DNA from: an uncultured Candidatus Binatia bacterium
GTDB lineage: Bacteria; Desulfobacterota; Binatia; UBA9968; JAJDTQ01
Length of the DNA stretch: 64,000 nucleotides
Assembly: GCA_965213675.1 (NCBI GenBank)
Contig: OZ243916.1
Coordinates: 2,944,001 to 3,008,000, forward strand
Direction: 5' to 3'
This document shows positions 57,892-64,000 of this stretch, one piece after another. How positions within the stretch are numbered: position 1 is the stretch's first letter; each line of letters starts with the position of its first letter. The notes beneath the pieces are model-generated. The model made no database searches and was not told where the DNA came from. It saw only the letters and a list, made by a program, of their open reading frames with translations. The translations under genes and the position numbers were made by a program.

Positions 57892-59664
57892 TTAGCTCTC
57901 CTCGCGTCCGGAAAAGCACCACACCTGAGCGGCCGCCTTTGCGAGGTCCCTTGAGCGTTCGGCCACCGCCGTCGGAGTCCACTCGTCATGTATAGCTACA
58001 TCGCGTGTCATTCCAAATGGGCTGGTCTCAAAAACAGCCTTCTTGGCGGCGAAGTTCGCGTTGAAACGGTGCCGTGCATGATTGCCGCTGTCGCCCAGCA
58101 ATGTCAGATTCCCGATTCGAGCAACCCAGTCCCGGAGGTCGTATCCCACCGACGTGAAGCCGGTCCAACCGGACCAGTAGGTCTCCGACTGCGGCAAGAT
58201 GTGTTCCACGGAACATCCTTCATAGTCGAATGCGCGGCCTTCACGTTCTTGCTTGCCGTTGATTCCGAACAACAGTCGTTTGGCTCGCCGGGAATCGGTC
58301 ATCTGAACATCGAGGAGGCGAGAAATAAATCGTGTGTCGTCCATTATCATCAAGTCATCACATTCTTCGAGATCTGTTTTTATGTCGAGGTCAGCGACCT
58401 TGCTACTGGTCGCGATTCTCCTGGCACAATTGGCAAAACCCGGCTCTACTCTGGATGGTTCGAATTTGGCCCCGCAGAAGGAGAGGCGCATCACGAAGGA
58501 AGAAAGGTCGCTGAGGCAGTGATGCGCGGCTTTGGCTACTGCTCTCCGGTACCGATCTTCGGCTTCGATGAACTTCCGTAACAATGCAAACATTAGCGGT
58601 TGCACGACCTTATAACCACCCAATTCCTGAATGAACACAGGCAGATTACGTTTGTGTCGGGTGGTGCCGGACGCCGTGCAGAAGGCATTAAGCAGTTCCT
58701 TGCTTGGGTTTGTGGCAGTGATAGTCCGGAACAGTTCCACGGCAGCGGGACTAGCAAGCTCATGGACTAGCGCGTAAACGTGCTTGTCTCCATCCGGTCG
58801 TCGCCCAGGATTGCGGATCTTCGCCCGAGTATCGCGATAAAAGCGGGTCTTCTGAAGATAGCCGTACCGACATTGAAAGAAACAGCGGAAATACTCTTGG
58901 GATCGCGTAGTGCTTCGAGTAGTTGCGAGGACGCTTTCAAGCTGCTCGTGGACGGTGGCGCGCCGCTCTGAGTCGGCAGGATCTGTGAAGTACGAGTAAA
59001 GGTGGTTTCGAATTAGATCAACGTCATCCAGTCGCTTGCCTCGTCCATTGAGGGCTTCGAAAACGGCATTGGCGTCCTCTGTCTTGGGGACGTAGAGGAC
59101 ACCAATCTCGACCTTCTGCGTCAGGAAATCGAAAAACGTTTGGGTCTCACTCGGCCCCATTGCGCTGACGAACAGGGCCACTTCGTTCCAGGCGGAGGTC
59201 AATTTGCCGTTCGTCCCGATGTCGAGGCCACGGATAATCTGAGTAAACCGCGATCGGTCTTGGCGTGGCGGCTCGACGCGAGGCACATCCCGGGTCGTGT
59301 CGTCGAAGTTGGTGACCGCGTTCTCCGGGCGATCGAACAGTACGCGCAACGCGAGCATTTCACGGCCAGCGTCCGTGTCGCGGTTATTTGCGAACCGCCG
59401 GCCGAATGCAGCAAAGAGTAGGGAGAGGGTGATCATGCGCTGCTGACCGTCGTTGATTTCCCAAACATCCTCACCCGCGACCAGCATAATGGACCCGAGG
59501 AAGTAACTTGCCCGATCTTCGTCCAGGGCTTCTTTGAGGTCGACCAACAACTCGGTGACCTGCTCTACGGTCCAGTCGTAATACCGCTGATGCCACGGCA
59601 CTGTGAACCGTCCCTTGAGGAAGAGCTCGGACACGAGCAATGCCTCTGACGTGATCTGGGTCAT
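57892..59664 (-). CDS. DUF262 + DUF1524 (HNH) protein, GmrSD/SspE-like
   Basis: QRYYDW, DGQQR, FEALNGRG, then EHILPQ and IGNLTLL. Confidence 0.88.
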   Translation of the reverse strand: MTQITSEALLVSELFLKGRFTVPWHQRYYDWTVEQVTELLVDLKEALDEDRASYFLGSIMLVAGEDVWEINDGQQRMITLSLLFAAFGRRFANNRDTDAGREMLALRVLFDRPENAVTNFDDTTRDVPRVEPPRQDRSRFTQIIRGLDIGTNGKLTSAWNEVALFVSAMGPSETQTFFDFLTQKVEIGVLYVPKTEDANAVFEALNGRGKRLDDVDLIRNHLYSYFTDPADSERRATVHEQLESVLATTRSTTRSQEYFRCFFQCRYGYLQKTRFYRDTRAKIRNPGRRPDGDKHVYALVHELASPAAVELFRTITATNPSKELLNAFCTASGTTRHKRNLPVFIQELGGYKVVQPLMFALLRKFIEAEDRYRRAVAKAAHHCLSDLSSFVMRLSFCGAKFEPSRVEPGFANCARRIATSSKVADLDIKTDLEECDDLMIMDDTRFISRLLDVQMTDSRRAKRLLFGINGKQEREGRAFDYEGCSVEHILPQSETYWSGWTGFTSVGYDLRDWVARIGNLTLLGDSGNHARHRFNANFAAKKAVFETSPFGMTRDVAIHDEWTPTAVAERSRDLAKAAAQVWCFSGREES

Positions 59665-60833
59665 AAGGGATGTACGGATTTGAGAAGGGCGAGTCGACCG
59701 TTTTCGGTGATCTCGTCACGCCACCAAACGTCTTCGATGCACTCGATCTCAGCAGGAGTGATAAGCGTGTCACCGACCATCTTCTCTAGTGCCAAAAGTC
59801 GTTCGAGAATTGTCCGGCGTACGGTTAAGCTAAATGGGCCGAATACTTGGGAACCGTCGGACCGGTTCCGAGGGTTACCGTCACGGCGCACGGGAAGTCG
59901 ATTGCTGTCATCCTCCCGCAAGGTGATGAGCCATTCGCGGAAGTCCGACAGGCGTTCCATCTTTGTGGCCTCCTCGTGCCCAGAATCGATCAGGCCCCGG
60001 ATGCTGCGGTCTTTGGCGACCACCGTACATGTCCAACAGCCGAATCGTGGGGAGGAACTGCCACATGATGGTGCGTCGTCTTGTGTCATTACTAGTGGAC
60101 ATTCTCCCCCTCCGGCTTGACGATAGAGAGTGATCAGCCGGCGATGGTTGCCGCCCCATGGTGGGCGGCGTTGCATCAATACCATCCAGACATCCTCATC
60201 GCTGAGGTCGGCAAGCGGGGAGAATATCCGACAGCCCTCCACAGAGTCGTGTTGATTGCTTTTCGTGGCAGACACTTTGCGACGGTCCATGCCTCGCTGC
60301 CGGTTCTGCGACTCGCTTCGCCGGGTCCCGATGAGGAGAATAGCTCCGCCGTGCTCTTTCACGAGGTCTCTTAACAGCCGGCTGGTCGGTCGTATTTTCA
60401 TCCGGTCCGTGCACCACCGAAAATTTCTGGTGGGCGGTATGTATCCACGTCCTATCACACTGACCCAAAATGTCTGATCGACGGCCGGTGTGGTAACGCG
60501 AATGTCAACAGGCATTTCCTGGTCCGCGGCGGCGTCTCCGATCACGTTGAGCGATCCTCGGAGATGCCGAATGACGAGCGGCGACTCGACTAGAGTATCA
60601 TTGCCGACGATGAAGATGGATCGCTGCCGTTGGTCTGTTGGTAGCCCGGCAACTGTTTCCCAAATCATCTGTAGGAGAAGGGTGGAGTCCTTCCCTCCAG
60701 AATAAGCAACAATCCAGGGATGGCTGTGCTTGCGACAGTACTCCCGTCGGAGGGTCTCTGCGATCTTCTTGAGTCGCGTCGGTAGACTCGTCAGGCTGTT
60801 ACTGGTCGAAGTTGAACTCGTTGGCGCTTTCAT
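59661..60833 (-). CDS. dndC: DNA phosphorothioation sulfurtransferase DndC (PAPS reductase fold), short form
   Basis: PWIVAYSGGKDS, DTLVE, FRWCTDRMKI, GTRRSES, RFGCWTCTVV, GPF. Confidence 0.9.
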   Translation of the reverse strand: MKAPTSSTSTSNSLTSLPTRLKKIAETLRREYCRKHSHPWIVAYSGGKDSTLLLQMIWETVAGLPTDQRQRSIFIVGNDTLVESPLVIRHLRGSLNVIGDAAADQEMPVDIRVTTPAVDQTFWVSVIGRGYIPPTRNFRWCTDRMKIRPTSRLLRDLVKEHGGAILLIGTRRSESQNRQRGMDRRKVSATKSNQHDSVEGCRIFSPLADLSDEDVWMVLMQRRPPWGGNHRRLITLYRQAGGGECPLVMTQDDAPSCGSSSPRFGCWTCTVVAKDRSIRGLIDSGHEEATKMERLSDFREWLITLREDDSNRLPVRRDGNPRNRSDGSQVFGPFSLTVRRTILERLLALEKMVGDTLITPAEIECIEDVWWRDEITENGRLALLKSVHPL

Positions 60834-61975
60834 GCCGTAATGCTCCGAAGGGTTGACACAGCGTCATTGACGCGTTGTCCAGCGAAGTCGACCTCTGCCT
60901 CTGTAGTATAGCGACCAACGCTGAATCGTACGGAGGAGAGTGCCAGCGTTTCGATGACACCGAGTCCCTCCAGCACGTGTGATGGCTCAATTGACGCCGC
61001 CGTGCATGCGGAACCTGCCGAGATCGCAATATCGCCAAGAGCAAGCATCAACGACTCGGCTTCCACGCCGGGAAAGGCAATGTTCAAGATGCCTGGGACT
61101 CGCGCGGTAAGGTTGCCGTTGATGACCGCCGCCTCAATCCCGTCCAACCAGCCAAGGAGGCGTCGGTCGATGGCTGCTACCCGCTCCGCATCGCTACTCT
61201 GACAGTCATTGATGAGCCGCGCCGCGGCTCCTAGACCAACGACCTGATGGGTCGCCAGCGTCCCAGCCCGCAGCCCGCCTTCCTGTCCGCCCCCGTGGGT
61301 CTGGGGCACGAGCAAGGGCCGGACGGAGCGGCGCACAAATAGAGCACCGACACCTTTCGGGCCATATATCTTGTGGCCACTCAATGACAGGAGGTCTACT
61401 CCCATGAGCGAGACATCGATCGGGAGTCGTGCGGCGCTCTGTACGGCGTCGACATGAAACAGTGTGCCGTTTTTCCTTACCACGCGCGCTATGCTCGGGA
61501 TATCAGTAACAGTCCCAACCTCATTGTTTACGTGCATAAGAGAGACTAGCGCGGTGTCCGGTCGAAGATCCGCGCGGACGACATCGGGCGTGATCATGCC
61601 ATCGGCGTCAGGTGTGAGGTAGGTCACCGCCACGCCCTGGCCAGAGAGCCAGTCTGCGGTATCGAGTACTGCCTTATGCTCTAGTGAGGAGACGAGGAGA
61701 TGTCGACCGCGTACGCTAGGCGATAGCATTACTCCCTTGATGGCCAAATTGATCGCCTCTGTCGCACCGGAGGTCCAGAAGATTTCATCGGCATCTGCGC
61801 CGATCAACCGCGAGACATGCCCGCGGGCATCCTCAATAGCCTCTGAAGCTGCATGCCCAAAGCGGTGGGTGACGGAATGCGGGTTCCCGAAGACGCCGTC
61901 GGCTGTCAGAAACTTGACCATCGTGTTCGCGACTTCCGGTGCAACAGGGGTCGTCGCGGCGTAGTCTAGGTACAC
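60830..61975 (-). CDS. dndA: Cysteine desulfurase DndA/IscS-like
   Basis: YLDYAATTP, TSGATE, HVNNE, SGHKIYGPKG, SAGSAC; GTG start at 61975 inferred; stop overlaps the dndC start. Confidence 0.88.
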   Translation of the reverse strand: MYLDYAATTPVAPEVANTMVKFLTADGVFGNPHSVTHRFGHAASEAIEDARGHVSRLIGADADEIFWTSGATEAINLAIKGVMLSPSVRGRHLLVSSLEHKAVLDTADWLSGQGVAVTYLTPDADGMITPDVVRADLRPDTALVSLMHVNNEVGTVTDIPSIARVVRKNGTLFHVDAVQSAARLPIDVSLMGVDLLSLSGHKIYGPKGVGALFVRRSVRPLLVPQTHGGGQEGGLRAGTLATHQVVGLGAAARLINDCQSSDAERVAAIDRRLLGWLDGIEAAVINGNLTARVPGILNIAFPGVEAESLMLALGDIAISAGSACTAASIEPSHVLEGLGVIETLALSSVRFSVGRYTTEAEVDFAGQRVNDAVSTLRSITA

Positions 61976-62246
61976 GCCCTCTTCTGGATACGATACCCAC
62001 TCGTCGCCTACGGAAGACAGTTTTCGATGTGTTTTCAATAAGTTACTCGGTCTATGAGGTGCCCCCGTGGCCCTTCCCAACCCTAATAGACTCGGCGGCT
62101 CTACCGTTCTAGTCCGTTTGGAATGAATCCACACATATGGATGTAAATGCAAAACTGATGCCAGTGTCTGTTGGGTCGAGTCTCGCAGATTTCCTTCGGT
62201 GGTTCAACGTATTGTTCTCGACGACCGCTTTACCTGCACTCCCCAC

Positions 62247-63032
62247 TCAGGACATCAACCGCCCGCCGGAAACGTTCAACGCCTCGCCGGTCGTGTGTGA
62301 GGAATCGCTCGACGCCAGGAAGAGGGCGGCATTCGCCACCTCTTCGTGCAGTGCGTGCTTCCGTAGCGGGGTGTGGGCCAGGACGCCCTCCCACAACTCC
62401 TCGAAGGAGACGCCGAGGCCCTTGGCGCGGTCGTGGTACATTTCCCGCAGGTCGGCTTCGTCCATGCCGCCGGGGCAGATGACGTTGGCGCGCACGCCCG
62501 AGGGCCCGGCCTCCTTGGCGATGGTCTGGGTGAGGCCCAGAAGGCCCCACTTGGCAGCGCACAGGGAGCCGCGCAGGGCCATGCCCTCGCGTCCGGCAGT
62601 GCCGGAGATGCTGACGATGCTGCCGCGCTTCTGCTCGATCATCACCGGCAGCGCCGCCTTGCAGCAGAGGAAGATCGCCTTGAGGTTGACGTTGAGGACC
62701 TGATCCCACTCGTCCTCGGTGATCTCGTGCACCTCGACCATGGGCCCGCGGAAGCCGACGCTGTTGACAAGGATGTCCAGCCGGCCCAAGCGGCTCACCA
62801 CGTCGGCCACCATCCCGTCCATCTGCGCCGCGTCCGTGGCATCGGCCGTCATGGCTACGGCCTCGCCGCCCTTCTGTCCGATGGCTTGGACGACCCCGTC
62901 GAGCTCCGGCTCCATCTTCTCGAGATCCACCAGAACGATCTTTGCGCCCTCACCCGCGAAGGTGTGGGCGATGGCCTCGCCGATGCCGCGGGCGCCGCCG
63001 ACGATGACTGCAACCTGGTCTGCCAGTTTCAT
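62247..63032 (-). CDS. Short-chain dehydrogenase/reductase (atypical active-site helix)
   Basis: GGARGIG, ICPG, NVSGG; LCAAK in place of YxxxK. Confidence 0.88.
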   Translation of the reverse strand: MKLADQVAVIVGGARGIGEAIAHTFAGEGAKIVLVDLEKMEPELDGVVQAIGQKGGEAVAMTADATDAAQMDGMVADVVSRLGRLDILVNSVGFRGPMVEVHEITEDEWDQVLNVNLKAIFLCCKAALPVMIEQKRGSIVSISGTAGREGMALRGSLCAAKWGLLGLTQTIAKEAGPSGVRANVICPGGMDEADLREMYHDRAKGLGVSFEELWEGVLAHTPLRKHALHEEVANAALFLASSDSSHTTGEALNVSGGRLMS

Positions 63033-63163
63033 GCGTTCCTCCCAGCCTTGGTCGCCGTGATTGTTGAGGGATGTTTCATATCAATGATGGTAGTGACGGG
63101 TTCGGCGCCCTCCACTTGAACCACGGGTTCAGGCGCGAAAGTACCACCGCCGTCACGAATGCA

Positions 63164-64000
63164 TCAAGCCGCCCCCAGCGCCGTCACCACGGCGATGACT
63201 CCGGCCACGGTGACGCCGGAGAAGATCGTGGTCCAGAACACCACGTCGCCGGTGAGCTCGGCGTCGCCGTCGAGCTCGATGGTGAGGATGAGGGTGTTGA
63301 CGGCGGTGGGGGCGGCGGCGCCGATGATGAGGTGGGCGCCGGGCCAGGGCCAGAGGCCCAAGGCGTAGGCCGCGGCGCCGATGAGCGCGGGCAAGGCCAG
63401 AAGCTTGACGAACGCGACGGGCACGACCTCCCGCCACCGGCGCCAGCGGGCGCCCTTGGCAAGCTGGGCGCCCAGGGCCACGAGCATCATGGGCACCAGC
63501 GCCCCGGACAGCGAGCGCAGCGGGAAGGACGCCCACACCGGCAGGAAGTCCACGCCGTTGAAAGATCGCAGACGGATCTCCCGCAGCACGAACGAGCTCA
63601 CCAGCGCATAGGGTATGGGAAGCTTGAGGATTCCCAGCGCCTCCCGCGCGTGGCCGCCCTTGGCCACCGCCAGCACCGCGTAGCCCAGGATCCAGACCAG
63701 CAGGTTGCTGAGCATGACGACCAGCGCCTGCACGTGCAGCCCGGCCTCGGTGTTGGGCTGGCCCGCGAACAGCGTGCCGCCCTCGACGTAGAGCAGGTGG
63801 GCCACCGGGATGCCGAAGTTGCCGGCGTTGAAAACGATGCTGCCGAGGATGACGGCGGCAATGGTCTTGTTGGGCGCGCCGATGGCGCGGCTACTGGTGA
63901 ACAGCAGTACCCCCAGGACTCCCAGGACGATCAGGAACACCAGGGCGATGAGCCCGATCTGGCCCCAGGGGATGTCGCTGTCGTAGATCTTCACCAGCAG
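63164..64000 (-). CDS. AEC family transporter (5' end outside the window)
   Basis: NAGNFGIP, LGAQL, PTAVN; frame stays open to the window edge. Confidence 0.85.
   Translation of the reverse strand: MLVKIYDSDIPWGQIGLIALVFLIVLGVLGVLLFTSSRAIGAPNKTIAAVILGSIVFNAGNFGIPVAHLLYVEGGTLFAGQPNTEAGLHVQALVVMLSNLLVWILGYAVLAVAKGGHAREALGILKLPIPYALVSSFVLREIRLRSFNGVDFLPVWASFPLRSLSGALVPMMLVALGAQLAKGARWRRWREVVPVAFVKLLALPALIGAAAYALGLWPWPGAHLIIGAAAPTAVNTLILTIELDGDAELTGDVVFWTTIFSGVTVAGVIAVVTALGAA

Noticed and set aside
53799-61975. Calling the island a canonical Dnd, Ssp or BREX system
   Set aside because: No DndD SMC-like ATPase, DndE, DGQHR-type DndB, SspB/SspC, PglZ or BrxC is recognisable between the flanking housekeeping genes.
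60830-61975. Housekeeping iscS
   Set aside because: No iscR/iscU/suf neighbours; it is coupled to dndC within the island.

Overview
GC-rich bacterial chromosomal window. It holds mostly single-copy catabolic and redox enzymes and transporters, with many small toxin-antitoxin or defence cassettes and several families of intergenic palindromic repeats between them. The left edge is the end of a mobilisable element (MobF/TrwC-type relaxase running off the window, a FitA/VapC-type pair, a serine recombinase remnant), followed by znuBC/znuA and an RHH-IetA-IetS cassette. The strongest candidate for an undescribed system is a seven-gene minus-strand operon at about 53.8-62.0 kb: cysteine desulfurase (DndA-like), DndC, a DUF262/DUF1524 (SspE/GmrSD-like) protein, a minimal SNF2 ATPase, a ParB protein, a ParB-HTH-only protein and an MBL-fold nuclease. 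It has no dndB/D/E and no sspB/C, so it looks like a non-canonical DNA phosphorothioation-linked defence system. Other highlights are a probable selenoprotein redoxin (UxxC with a SECIS-like hairpin) split in the ORF track, a promoter-structured RNA-terminator unit ahead of a frameshifted NYN ribonuclease gene, a CTAG-bounded ~165 bp repeat with covarying arms, nested REP/IS-end composite repeats, and a plcP/agt-type lipid remodelling pair. No rRNA, tRNA, CRISPR array or intact transposase was recognised. All product calls come from motif recognition by eye; no searches were run.
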